A stretch of 64,000 bases of DNA. Source: Chrysomallon squamiferum (lineage: Eukaryota > Animalia > Mollusca). A program made the position numbers and the translations under genes. Positions 1-15,849 of the stretch are shown piece by piece (position 1 is the first letter of the stretch; each line of letters begins with the position of its first letter). Under the pieces are notes generated by a model, which saw nothing but the letters and a program-made list of their open reading frames with translations, was not told where the DNA came from and did not search any database. Location: contig CM022669.1 in assembly GCA_012295275.1 (NCBI GenBank), positions 10,664,001-10,728,000 of the forward strand. The letters are read 5' to 3'.

Positions 1-451
1 TAATTAATTAAGAAGACTAGAAAAAGATACATCTTTTTGTGATAAAAACAAAAACAAAACAAAATACATCTTGCACACAAAAACCCCAATAAACATGTCT
101 GTGACATAACTGTTACTTTCCTTCATATCTTGATAAATAATCCAAATTTTCAAAACATCTAAAAATCTTAAAAAGGATGCAGAAAGGATCAACAGCTTTC
201 TACAATGTGCTGCAATTATTATCAGTATGAAATTGTGAATTATCCAAATCTTTAATACACGACTCTATCGAAAATAAAATAACACATCACATTTTTTTTT
301 TTTTTTTTTTATAAATCAGTTGATGTCTAATTTTGGAACTGGAAATAGTCCAATGAGCATAATAAATAAAACAGAAGCTAAAACGTGTCACAAAAAAGTT
401 AATATTTGAATGAGATAAGCAGAATTTCTGTGTTGTAGTTCTGTTTCTCAC

Positions 452-2130
452 CCAGACATTCTGCTCATGACAGTGGAGCGTCGACTGTCCTGTGTGAGCT
501 GAGAGGAAACAACACTGCTAGTGTCAGAAAACAGGTCTGAGTGGTGTGCATTCCCTGCATGTTCTCCATCTGAAAACACAGATAAAACAAATAAAATACA
601 CACATACATACATGTATGCATGAATAAATACATACATACATGTACACACACACATCCATACATCCATACATGTACATAACTGCATTACATACATACCTGC
701 AATGATGTATACACACCATATATATATAAAAACACACACACACACACACATATATATAAACAAAAATACATAAATACATAAAGAAAGAAAAGGTAATTAA
801 ATTTACTTCATACATTATTAACATCTTCAAAAAAAAAAAACAGCTACAATTGTGAAACATGTATTTTTGAAATCTGAGTCGTCTGATAAATGTATATCAA
901 AATATCCGTAAAGTAAAATTCTTCTAAATACAATATGTACAATACAAAGATATAAATAATATAACAAAATTAATTAACAAATACTACTACTACTACTACT
1001 ACTAGTAATAATAATAACAATAACAATAACAATAATAATTTAAGAGTTCAAATATTTTACCGATCAGGTCAAAGCTGGCTTGTTTCTGTTCTCTCACAAC
1101 TCTAAGCCTGTGTCTGTGTTTGTCAAAGTCTGACCTCAAACACTGCAGAGTTTCCAGAGTGTGGTCACAACTCTCCAGCATTCCACTCTTCAGATTTGTC
1201 TCTATGAAATCTGTCCTCTTGTGTCTGTACATCTTACAGAGAAAGAAGAAAATCATATAAATCACTGCGTTAAAGTGGATTTTTCAGCAATTCAGAGAAG
1301 CATGATAAACTTCTGTATGTTTGCTTAAAGTGACTGAAGTGAATTACAAGACAATCATAATAATAATAAAACAGATAACAATATGTTAGGTTAAAATAAC
1401 TGAAGTGAAGTTCTAATTAAAACAACAACCATAAATAAATTAATAACCAAATTCTAAGATTATTCTAATTATTGGAGTTATATTTATTTCAGCCAACAAT
1501 TATTTTAGTGAATATAAAGATTTAAAAAAAAAAACCAAAACCCAAACATATTAAATGGAAATACTGGTTACTCCAAACTATTAACAAAGCTGAATTTAAT
1601 AATATGATCAAGTTACAGAGTGTTAGCTAAATACAATATTTACCATTCTTAATGCTTCATCCCAAAGACAACCATCAACCAGACAAACAATGGCTTCTTC
1701 AACATCCTATAAAACAACAGTTAAACTAACACAAAAACTTTACACAGAAACAACAATTTATACTTTAGCAAGTATTATTTTGGTTCAAATCATACATGAA
1801 AGATACAAATGACTTAATATACTGTCATGGTAAATGCAGCTGATCAAATTGGTTTTGCTATTTAGTCAGAAAACCTTCACATTTGCAAGTCTAATAGTCT
1901 AAAATTACCAACTGAATCGTACCGTGTAAGATCATATAAAATAAATGTAATTCAGTTTTTAAAATTAGATAAAATATCATTTAATATGTGTAATATCTAA
2001 ATATGATTGTAAAATTATATAAAATGTATGTAATATAATTGTACCACCATATAAAATTTCTGTAACATAATTTGTAAACAATATATTACATATTAATATA
2101 AAAAAATATTAAATATATATGTGTGTGTGC

Positions 2131-2178
<48 letters not shown>

Positions 2179-5001
2179 CTCTCTTACCTTGGCATACTGT
2201 TCAAAAACAACAGCAGCATCACTGTAATTCTTCAAATCTTTGAGTTGATCTGAAAGTAACAAACAGTAAATTCATTCATAGAAAAATCTAATGACTTAGC
2301 CCCCAAAATACTTTATACATCACATTTTGTTAAAAATAAATTTCTTAACAGAAAGAACATTTCTGCAATAATTTTGACAATGCTTAATTAATCACCTTTA
2401 AGCTCTTTTAAGCATCCTTCTCCAAAGTAATTATCCAAGAAAAATTCTCAAAACTTATATACTGATTTAGTGATAGGCAGCCATATTGTCAACCTGTGAC
2501 CCTCCTTTAATCATTATTTCAGAATATTTAATATTCAACTTAAATACATTTTCATTCAAATATTCAGTAAAATGGGTTGATGCGTGTAGATTATGTAGTA
2601 AAATGAAATGGATATCATTATTCAATAAATTATTATTTACCTGTTTGAATAATTATGAAGAATAAATACTAAATTTTGAGTAAAAACACTTACAATAGTC
2701 TAAATTTAAGTAAATATTAAAGTTTTTAATATTTTATTCTTAAAATTCAATATCTCATTTTTAGTTTTAAAAATTCAATATTTCATTCTTACTTGCAAAT
2801 TTAAATAAGCCATAAATGATCAAGTTTTAAATATTTCAACTAAGTTTTTAAAAAAATTGAATTTTTCAGTTTTTAAATTCAATTTTTCATGTTAGTTTTT
2901 AAAATTCATTATTTCATTCTTACTTTTTAAAACTCAATATTTCATTTAAAAGTTTTAACAATTCAGTATTTCATTCTCATTTATTATTTTTATATAAATT
3001 AAAAATTTCATTCTTACTTGCAAGTTTTCTTGCTAACTCTGTCTCTTTGTCACTGGAGTAACTGAGCAGTGACGTCATACAGAAAACCTGTCTCCAGTTG
3101 TGACATGACATGAAAGCATCCAGTGCCGACTGCCAGTCCTGAGCTTTGATAAACATGACACCTGCCTCATCCTGTCTGTTCTTCTCACACAGGTACTCAC
3201 CATACAGTCGACACACGTGCTGTAAAATACAGATTGAAAAGTTAATAGCTAGAGTCAATATAAATGTCATAGAATAAAGAGAAAATGATAATAAATAAAC
3301 TAGGTATGTATTAACTATACAACATGAAAATTAAAGAAATATTTGGCAATATTTAATCTATTAAGTGATTATAACATGATATTTTGAATATACACACACT
3401 CTTTGTAAGAGAATTCAAGAAAATAGTATTTTAATGATATCAAATAATGTAAGTAGAAAAATGAATTGATAAGTTTCGAAAAAGAAAATGACAACAAAAT
3501 AATACATATTTTTCTGTATGCTGCAATATTTACTAATATTAAATCAAAATTACCTTGTAATTGTCTGACAAAATTGGAAATAATGACAGAGCATCATGGT
3601 AAAGTTTGTGTTCCTTTATTAATGACAGACAATTGTCAAAATGCTCTGAACCTGAAACATGACAACAATACAGTCATTATTAACAATACTGTTATTTTAT
3701 TATACATAGAGAGTGTGCAATATAATATAATATAATATAATATAATATAATATAATATAATATAATATAATATAATATAATATAATATAATATAATATAA
3801 CAAAACAAAACACAAAGCTGCACAATATAACATCACACAAAATAAACAAATAACAAAAGAATATATAAATCATTTTCAGTTGTTAACCTTCATGATCAAT
3901 TATAACAATTAGAAGTAATTATTAGTACTGAGTATCTCATCTTATGCCTTACAGACAGATACAAATATACCATACGTCATAATTCATACTCTAATAAGGA
4001 TAAATGAATTTACTGCATTTTTTCCATCAGTTATTACAAAAGATTTAATATCTAATAACATATTGCTTAACCTAGATTATCCTTTTTGAAGCATGAACAG
4101 TATAAAGTTTATTACACATTAAAAATATATATGTTTTAAATTACTTACCACATTTACTGATATGTACAAGAGCTTTGTTAAAACGTCGTAAATGCACATC
4201 TATTGTGTATTTCATCATGTCTTTCTCCATTCGTCTCAGTTCGTTCAGAAAAGGTACATATTCTTTTGGATCCTGAAATATCAAATTTTATATATGCATC
4301 AAATAATAATACAATATTTATACATTAAAGCATGCTTACTATCTTTGCTTTCCTTACCATTATTAAAAAATAAATTAATTAAAGAATAACGATAACATAA
4401 CAAATTGTACTCTTTTTTTTTCTCTAACATTTGTCTTATTTGATGAATACATTCACTGTCAAATAATTACAATTTTACAGTAAACTTAAATGTTAACCTT
4501 TTCATTACCAAACAGAATATTTTGCACTAATGTCAAATTTAAATAAAAGAAAGAAAATAAGAGTAAAACAGATGAGATCCAGACAATATACTGAACCACT
4601 AATAATATGATACAATACACATGTGATTCTGTTGCAATTCAATGAACTGTGTCTTCTAAAAGGGTCACTATAGGTACTCAAAAGATAAATTTTTGTATTT
4701 ATCAGTCAGGTATTTATTTATACAGGTAAGAACGTGTAACAAGTGTTTTACCTTCTGTGATTTTTGTGCCACCATGATGACGAGGTCAAAGTCGTACATG
4801 CCAAGAGCAACGTCATACAACTCGTTCACGTCAACGAGGAAAAGAAGATATTTGAGAGACTCTTCTGTTGTCACTGACCTAGACCCTACAGGACTTTCTA
4901 CACAATCAGAAATAAATAAATAAATAAATAAATAAAAACAAAAATATAACAACAAATAAAAAAAATATATAAATAAATAAATAATTAAATAAATAAAAAA
5001 A

Positions 5002-5032
<31 letters not shown>

Positions 5033-8000
5033 ACAAATACATACGTACAAAGTTTGATGTGTCAGTAAATAAATACATTAAAAAAAAAGAAATAATAAAA
5101 AAAAAATTTTTTGATATATTCAGAACATATTTTAACTATTTTTTTATGTATTAATATAATCATACAAAATGTCATTTAAAAATTTAAATTCCATTTTTCA
5201 ACACAAACATTTTTATATACCTAGCAGTAGAAAATACATGTCTACCCCATACCCTCCAAGTCTAAAATATAGTAAAACAAAGTCAGTTAACTGTCACATC
5301 CTAATGATATCATTATAACTAAATATATATTCAATTATAGCAAAATCAGCTATCTGTGTGTGATATATCTCAAATTATTTTTTAACAAACATATAAATGC
5401 AACCTTGCACATATACATAAAAAGCTATTAAATAATTGTTTAATACAATGACATATTTGGTAACGACTTAAATTAACAAGAAATTTCAGTATTAACCTTT
5501 TATCTGTTTAATCAGTTGCAGTGCTTCTTCGAGTTCTGGTTTAGTTTTCTTTACATAACAAGTCAGAATTGACAGAGTGTATCTATGAAAATAAAATAAA
5601 AATGATAACACTCTACAAACACTAGATATTACAAAGACACATGCTGCTGGACTAACACACACACACACTTCTTTATTTTATTTTATGTTTATACCAAGTA
5701 TGTTAGTCAATAATCAAGGATATAATGGAAAAATCTACTACTACTATTACTAGTAATCATAATACTAATAATAATAACACTACTACTGATGATCATAATA
5801 TTAATAATAATAACACTACTACTGATGATCATAATATTAATAATAATAATAATCACAATGACAACAATAACAAGATCACTCATACTTATAACAAACAATA
5901 AACAATTTACTACAACTGATTCACATAAAATAAGAAGGCAGAATGATAAAATATTTGTTAAATGTTAATACCCATGAAAATGTATAATTCTATTATTTTA
6001 AAAATGAGCTTTATGTCATTAAATAAAACAGACATTTAAAACACTTCCATGATGAACTATAATAAACTGACTTGTCTCTGTCTACAGCTGTCAGTGCCTC
6101 GCGCATGCAGTCACACACAACATCCACTTTCTTGGGTCTTTCTTCATCATCATCATCAACTACAGCAGCAGTTTCCCTCTTGTACGTCGCTGTGTACATT
6201 GTGACTGTCACATCATCTTCTCTGAAAGAGAATTACTGCTTTTATTTATTTATTTATTTTATTTATTTATTCATTTTTATTTATTTCTTCTGAGAATTAA
6301 AATTTGTTATTTGAAAGTGTTTAAAGTCCATAAAAGGATGTTAAAATATGAATGATTAAATTGAAATCAAATTTTTTATTTACTTTTATAATAATTAAGT
6401 CAGAATCAAAGGAATTAAAATATTAATTTTAGAAATATATCTTAGGGTAGATTTGCTCAATTATCAATAGTTGTCTAGTGGTATTTGAATTTCTAATTAG
6501 TGTTTTTCTGTTAAGTTTTGTAATTATATATAAAAACCTGAGTGGCTAAAGTTTTGATTTCCATATTAACTGTTCAAAATATTCTAATCCAGTCTGGACA
6601 AAAACTATTACATAATATGCAGAGATATACCAATATAAAATACAAACACAAAATAAACATTCCCTCAACACAAATACACACACAGACACATACACAGTCA
6701 CATAGAGATACAAACACAAACACAGACATCCACATACACATATAAATATGCATAGAGACAGTTACATACAACTGCCTAACATTGATACAGACAGAAATAC
6801 AGACAGACACACACACACTTACTGTAGATCTGTGAGAAACAAATTAATATAGTTAGCTTCTTGTACTTGTAGTACAAACTGCTGTACATTGCTCTGAAAA
6901 CTCTCTGGGTTGTGATCATACACAAGATTTGTGTTAATTCTGTGTTTCCTCATCATTATCAGTGCATTTCTGTATTCTAAACTAGAAAAACAACAACAAC
7001 AAAAGTAAATAATGAATAAAAACACAATTATTAATTATTTAATGATTAAATTTAATTATTTGATGGCATTGAATGGTTTCTACATATTTATTAAATATAT
7101 TATAAGGTTAATAGTTAACAGTACAGATAATGATAACTGATATTTTGAAAGATGGGATATCATGTTAGTATTGAACAATACACCTAATATTTGTACAATA
7201 TACTTATTTAGATAAAGCTTTAAAATCAGATGATATCATATTACAATAAATATTTTTCATGTTAAAATCTGATTTTAAAACCATATTGGATATATTAATA
7301 TAATACATTTTTGAGTTGTTAAAATTTAGTTTTAAAAACAGACAGAATATTTATCAAAACACTTACTTGTTGAGATGTTTCTTGATGGCAGACAGGACCA
7401 AAGCTCTAGGATGGATAACTTCAAGGTTTCCTCGAGGCATCTGTAACACCAGAGTTGTCTCCCCTCTGACGGCTGTGACAATTCGCGATCCTCTCTCAAC
7501 TCGCCGGACACTCTCATCAAATGGATGTGATTTACCTTGAAGAAGACTTTGCAGATCTGTAACAGCAGAAACCATTTAAATAAGCTTTTATTTTTAAATA
7601 TATATATATAATTCTCTCACATATAACTGATGTCTTAAAAAAGTAACAGAATTTGAATCAAAATAAATATTTTTCAAGAACGTTTTACAAAATATTATTA
7701 ACAATTTCTGGATAAAAGAGTTCTTTATGAATCAAACAGATTTAGCTATAGAAATAAATTATAATTCATATTGATGATAAAATATTGCTATGTTACTGAT
7801 AAAATAAATGCCATGATACGAACTGTCGAATAAAAAAAAAAAAAGACACCATCAATATACACATATATAAATACATTTACAAAAAAAACACAAAAAAACG
7901 AAATATTTATCTTACTCATTTTCTAATTAAGAACTCAGATCTTACACAGCATAACATAAAAGATTTATAAAATAATAAATATGTTATGACCCAGTCTTTC

Positions 8001-10625
8001 TACTGAACCCCAGTCATACAAAGAATGAAAACAAAATATTTGTGTTGAACCTGAAACCTTCGTGTTGAGGCAGATACATCGCAGTGTGTGAGACAAAGTC
8101 GTCAGCAGAAGAAATTCATCGTGGACAGCAAACGAGGTACAATTTGAGGCAAACTGTCAAAAAATATAAATGTTATAAGTAACCAATTTCCAGTAATTAG
8201 AGTTGAAAAAACTTTACATTTCAGTTTTCCAAACAATGTTTAAACAGGTCAGCTCCTATGTTATCTATGATGCAGCAATATCAGAAACCCTGATCTTTGC
8301 TTCTGGCAGCAAACAAGTTAAGATGAATACTTTGAGATTGTCTACTGGTATAATTTAATATTAAAATCACCATGACAGCTACGATCATTATGACTTATGG
8401 TGAGAGAAAAAAGAAAAGAAATCAATAGTGATGTAACTTTGTATGAAATTAAATAAGTTCTGTTCTGTGATAAAAGATCCATTGTTTGAGATCCAACAGC
8501 CAAAGTATTCATTATTATTTTTTATTTTTATACTGGGATATCATTTAAAATTGAACTCATTCTATAATAAACTGAAAATAATTTCACCTCAGGTATGAAA
8601 TAAATGACAAAGTTTTATAACTCACCTCAGTGTTGTTTACATAAAACCTGTATCTTTCTGTCAATCCAAGGACCACTTCCTAAAATTTATTAAACTACAT
8701 CCAAATATTTTTTAATATATTTTTTTTTTTTTTTCATAGCATGATCTTTTTTGAAAGAGGGAATTAGTAAAATGGTAGAGGTCTCCAAAATTTGGACATA
8801 TGAATAATAATAAAAAATAAATTTTAGAAAAATAATAAGTAAAAATCAATAAATATATAATTATGAATATGTAATCATAGGTGTATATGTCAATAAACAC
8901 ACACACTGTAAATATATTAAAAATAATTGGTAAAAAAAAACAAAATTAAGAAAACAAAATAAATGTAATTTTTAACTAAGAAATATAATGCATACATTAT
9001 CTGCAAAAGTACAAGTAGACATGTGTGTACAGAAGAGAGGAAACCTGACATCCATCCCTCTACTGTCTGTCCAAGTGTCCAATGTTCCAGTACTTTCACC
9101 AGCTCCTAGTGTCATAACAATAATAATAATAACAACAACAACAACAATATACAATAAAATAGTAACTACACACAATAATAATTACTGTAATTAAAGTAAA
9201 AATCAAAATAAAAAATATGATTTTTTATTTAAGAGAAACTGACTTTGTTAAATTATACAGGTGTAAGAAAAATTCATCTTTAATGAAATTAAGCTTAAAA
9301 CTGTAAATTTAAAAATAAAATATAAAGCAAAAAATAATAATAATAAAGTACAAAATACCAAAAAAGTGAGTGAGAGAAAAATGAAACTTCAGTTGAGAAA
9401 AATAAAAAATAAATTACCTGGTATGAACCTGAAGAGACTTCCATCTTCTGTCTGAATAACCAGGCTATCTCCTTTTAAACTTGGACACATACATGACACA
9501 AAACCATGAGTAAGAGAGGTCACAGAGCTTTTAAATAAATAAGAAAACACCAAATATATACCACATCAAGATAATGGTTAAATTCTATAACTGAACTGTA
9601 AAAGAAAACATAATTTTTAAAATATATAATCTTGAGATAAGACCTTCAGACAGGTTAATATTATTTACATTTACTAAACACCTTTTTCAAGAAAAACAAA
9701 CACATTTTTGTTATATATATTATCTTATTGTGCAAAGAGATTTGATCAAATATATATAGATAGCCATATAGGCAAATGGGGCACTAGGAACTGCCTGAAT
9801 CAGAAAAAAATAAATAATTATTTTCATCTTCAAGAGCCTTATGTTAATTTACATTCATAATAATCATTAAATGGATATTTAAAGTTAATACATACAACAA
9901 ACACAATTATTTTATATTTATATTTTTCTTATTTTTAATGAGAACAAGTTTTATTTATTAATAAGAAAACTTACAGTTACAGTCAATACAAATCACATTT
10001 TTATCAAGCTGAGCCCAGTGTTTTTAAAACAGACACAAAGCAAACGAGTATTACCTGATTTCTAGACTTGTGTCAGAAAGGACAGCTGTACAGATGAGAG
10101 ATGTTCGACTGTCAAAGTCTGTCACACAAAACACAAACAAATCTTCAGAAAGCCAAGTCAGATGCATGATGACAAAATCACTGTCTGGTTTTAACTGTGA
10201 ATTTCCTGCAGCGATACTGTTAAAATAGAACTTTATTTAATATATATAAATCTATATATATGTGTGTGTCTGTGTGTATATATCTTAAGAGAAACAGTGT
10301 ATATCTTTGTATTGAATACTTAATTAATTAGGCAGATTTTAAATTTGATAGTACATATGCTTTAAACTCCCTTAAAATGACTTGTTGTTATCATCATTAT
10401 ATTTATTTTCATCATTGTTATTATTATAATTGATATTATTATTGCTTTCATCATCATTATGGTTATATAAAATATTAAAACTGTCAGTTACCTGTACACA
10501 CCCTGTAAGCTGTGTATGTTGCACTGAGATTTGAACCCATTACCTCCAGAAGCAGAAATAACAACACTATCATCTACCTTTGTCACTTCTTCTTTCACAT
10601 CTATAACACAAATAAATAAATATAA

Positions 10626-10656
<31 letters not shown>

Positions 10657-13600
10657 AATTAAATATGTTTTTAAATAGAATACTGTCAACACTCTTAGGC
10701 TAACTTTCTGATTTTCAAGGCAGAATCTGAACGTTAGTCATTTAGCATGTTATAGAGAAAACTTTGTGTAAACATTTTACAAATTAACATTTACTTTGTG
10801 AAGCATACATATTACTTACACAGATTATGAAAATATGAATCAAATGTTATTTTACACATTTTGTTAAAACATATTAAAATTTTTTAAAGTTTTATTTTTA
10901 TTTTACTTTATTTTATTTCACTTTATCTTACTTTACTTTGCTCTATTCTAATCTACTGTACTATACTGATTTTTTTTTAAATTTAATTTTTGTTTTAAAA
11001 CTATTCATTATAACGTGAGACATAAAAACAATAATAAAAATATTTTAAAAAGTGGTATAAATAAATAAATAAAAAGAAAAGGGAAGAAAAAAGAGATATT
11101 CACCGCACTGTCTGTAAATGGCGAGTCTGCTGTTGCTGATGAGAACTGCGATGTCTGTTCTGTGAGGGGCAAACACAACCTGACACACTGGGGAGGGGGG
11201 GTGTAGGTAGTAGGCACACATGGGTGGTGGAACTATCATCTTCCGGAAAGTTGTCAGCAGAACTTTGTCTGAACAAACAACAATTGTAACAGACACTGAG
11301 TTCACAGTTAATATTGAAAAGGGGAATGACACCAGTATCTGCATATTTGTGTGTATGTGCAGGTATGAGTGTATCTGTACGCATGATTTTTAATTATTTG
11401 TGATTTTCAACATTTCAAAACTGAAATCATCAAAATCAGTCAAAAATTATAAATTCACTTAAATCTGTAATATATATATATCAAAGAAGGATATTAAAAA
11501 TATATTTCTTATTATTCTGTTTCAATTTTACAATGTCAACCCAGATAAACATAAGGAAAAGATACTCCAAATGCATAATAAAAAAATCTTTACATTCAAA
11601 TCTCTGTGAAACATTATCATTTATTACTCTCAGGCATATATTAATTTAGCATAAAATAAAACAAGTGTATACGAAAATGGTAATATTTAAATAACAAAAT
11701 AGAATCTATTAAAAAAATAATAATAATAAATAAATAAAAATAAACAAGTAAATAAATAATAAATATATATTTAAAAATAATTAAATAAATAATAAATATA
11801 TATTTAAAAATAATTAAATAAATAAATAAATATATAAAAAAATAATATAAAAATTTAAAAATTAATGAACAAACCTCCATCAATGACAGCTGTCAGTGCT
11901 TCGTCTTCAGGTGACTGACCAGTGCTGTTGTCCGTTGTCCAGGACCAAGCATAACTCAAGTGTTGACCACCGGTCAGTACAATGTGCAGGTTGTGACTGT
12001 TTTCAGTATCCCACAGGACACAGGCTACTCTACGACCAGGCTGACCATCAAAGTGAAGACTTTGCTTTAAATACCAGTGATAGTTGTTGACTGTCCATAG
12101 CTGAACTGAAATTGTATGATATATTGTTTAATAATTGTTCAAAACTGAACTGAAATTATGAAATGTTTAAAATGTAAATTTGGTGATGTGATCAAACAGC
12201 CTTAAAATATTCTGTATACTTCTAGAAAAATGTTTTATTATTATTTTTTTTTTAATGATAAACCTTTGCTAAAAATAAAATATCATTTTCCTTCTTCATT
12301 TTGTAAAAAAAGGAAAAACATTCTTTGAGAATTTAAGAAAAATGATACAATATTTAACTGTAGGTTATTGATCATATATAAAGTTGTTCCCAACTGAACT
12401 AAAATTATAAAACGTTTACTATTTATTTGAAGACAGACAAATAATAAAAAATTAAAATCTCACTGTATGTGTTTGATTGACTCAGCTCTTCACACCAGAC
12501 AGCCAGTACTGTGGAATCAGAGTTCCAGACCAACTCACACACCTGAACAGCAAACACATCATTGTTTATTTATTTATTTATTTATACTAAATATCACTGA
12601 ACTAACAGAAAATAACACAACAGAATTTCAAAACACTCACACACACACATAAATAAATAACATCCAACTGAGTTAACTAATTAACTTAGGAAAGAAACAG
12701 AAACAAATATCCAAATATCATTTTATTCATTAATACAAAAACAGTTATTCCTCAATTTACAAGCAAAATTATTCTCAAAGTGTGACATACCAACTGAAAA
12801 TTAACTAACATAATTGTTTACAGATCCACAATTGATCATTTTGGTAGTATTTACACATTTATGAAATATTTAATTTATTTGAATTAAAGTAACTCACAAC
12901 ATTTCTAGTTTCAACCAACAGTGGGTTATTATACATTCACCAAAGTAACTAACATTGAATAATAAATATTAAATCTCAAATAAACACAAAAAGGCTGAGA
13001 GGAAATATTTAGAATACCTTGATCTGATCATGTCTGAATGGAAGAGTAAACTCCCCATGACTGAGTCCATTCTTCTCAAAAAACACAACTTCGTGTTTGT
13101 TAGGTTTTCTTCGAGTTGAGGCTATCAAACTACCACTAGGCCTGAAATATTTAATTTTGAGTTTGTGAAACATTCAAATAATTAATTCATTTCTTTTAAT
13201 ATCTCACTGAAAAAACTTTAATTATGCTTTTAAATATAATTTATATATTTTCTTCACTCTTTGTGTGTGTGTGTGTGTGTGTGCGTGCGTCAGTGTGTGC
13301 TTGAGTGTGTGTGTGTGTGTGTATACAAAGAGAGATGGAAAAAAAATTACACCATAAAAATTGCAGTCATCCAAATATGCTTTAGATATAACTTACAGAC
13401 AAACAAATTGTGGAAAAAACGTAACTTCATAAACATTTATAAATCAGGTTAATGGTTTAATATATGGTAGTATATTAATGTACTGGGTCTGAAGTTTTCA
13501 CTTTGCTACTTTTACTTTTTAATTCATCTTGATCTTATCCTTATAAAAATACATGCATGCATTAATACATGTGCATGCACAAACACACACATACACACAA

Positions 13601-13858
13601 ACAAGGGAAAAACAAACAATGACAAGAAATATAGGCTATAAAATATTTAATATTTACTTCCAAGCTAGTGCCTGTTCCAGACCAGGCAGAGTTTCCCCAG
13701 TGGCATGAAGAATGCAATCTCTGGTCCACACGTGAAAACATCTTTCTCCTGTAATATACATTTACCTATGTATACACCATAATATATTTACAAAAACTAT
13801 AGTAACAAAATAAATATATCTTTATATGTATAAATGTAAGTGTGTGTGCATGTATCGC

Positions 13859-13917
<59 letters not shown>

Positions 13918-14557
13918 ATGTGTATGTTTGTATGTATGTGCACATATGCATACACATACACTCATACATTATAAAAGATATATTTTTTATTACTATAGTC
14001 TTGTAAATACAGTATGTATGTATGTATGTGTGTATATATATGTATATATCAAGATTAATCAAAAAAGGTTTGAAGATGGTACAGAGTTGATACCTAGCAT
14101 ATTAAATTTAGTTTTTCTTATGGTATAAAACTGTACAACTGTACAAATATAAGTATAAAGTTAAAATTTACCTGTGATGATGTGAATGAATTTGCATGTA
14201 ATTTTTCAAATTATTTATTTGAAACTATGGGTGATGAAGAAGAGAATGCATTTAAATATTTTAAATAAAGATATTTAAAAAAATATATAAATAATAATAA
14301 TAATAATGCTTAAGAAATAAACATGTCAGTTGTATACAAACCAGTATTTTTATGGACACTGCCAACTACAAAATACTGTCCATCTCCTCTCCAAGAAATT
14401 CTCGGTTGTTTGTCATCTTCATACAAAACTGGGCCACTATCCTAAAATAAATAATAATAATAATATAGTATCAAAGAAAATAGTATAATAATAATAATAA
14501 TATAGTATCAGAAATCTCAAAATATAATACCTTTAATTATTCTAGTAACCAAATAAA

Positions 14558-14592
<35 letters not shown>

Positions 14593-15817
14593 AAGCAGAA
14601 ATTGTAACCTTTTTTTTAAAAATCATAAAAATGGGACCAGGACATAAAGACTGTTTTTTTCAAACTGATAACTATTTTGCAAAAGTTATCCGTAAATAAG
14701 ACCATACTTTGTTTATTTTAATTCAAAATGATGACAGTGGAATGAAATAATTAGAGAGTAATTATGTAGCCAATTTTATTGTAGATTTTAAAATTTTATT
14801 GTAGAAAGAAAAAATTTGAAAAGGAAAAAACAACCTCAGTCTTTTTCCTTGCAGCATCTTTCCCCTCAGATCCGTGAAATTGAGTTTCTTTTTTTCCCCA
14901 CCCAACATTCACAAACTCAGCTGCAAATAAAAGAGATTTAATTGTCATATGTTGTTACAGTGGGTTCTAAAAATGAACTGTAAAGCCTACAATTCAAATT
15001 AATATATCTATACTTTTTAATGAAAGCAAGACAAATAATGTCTACATTTGTGGACAGTTTTGATACAAAAAAATTAAAGATAATTTTTTTTTTTTTTTTA
15101 ATAAAGCTGAAAACTAAATTTTATTCATCAATAAAAAAAGAGAAGAAAAAGAGGTATTTTGTTAACACAGTTCAGTATTTGTTTCTGAAAGTTATTCATT
15201 ATCTGATTATGTCAAACCTTCTGCTTTTTCTGATGGATTCAAGGGTACTTCTGTGACAGGATCAAAGTCTCGATTCATCAGAATCAATGTATCAGCTCCT
15301 GAAAGTCAAAATAATAAAATTATCTTTGTTTTGATGTTGCTCACATACAAACAAATAATGTTAGCACACAGTCTGTTACAAATTTCAGTTTACAATTAAT
15401 ATAAATATGATGTACAAAAAAATCAAAAATATATATATATATATACTTTGGTAATTAACTGATGTTATCATATTATAAAATGTAATTAGACCAAAAAATA
15501 AAATAAAATACAACAACCCTTCTCCCAAAACATATACATATGTATATCATTATAGAACATAATATATAAACACCTGTAATAAAGACAACAACATCCTGGT
15601 CAGGACTCCATGCCATTGCCAACAATCCACTCTCCACACTTCCAACACATTCTGTCTGAAAAAAAAACTATTTTGAATCTCCTGATCCCTTATTGATTAA
15701 ACACCTCTAATTTATTATCTTGAGTAACTGTGAATGTTTTGGTTTAACTCAAAAATAAACTGTTAAAACTTTTACCAGAATACAAAAAAAAAAAAAAAAA
15801 ATAAAAAAATAAAATAA

Positions 15818-15849
<32 letters not shown>

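Noticed and set aside
4897-4912. Apparent non-canonical (TG) acceptor in ELP1 suggested by the ORF track (SDCVES)
   Set aside because: A canonical gtgtag acceptor at 4898 gives the correct phase.
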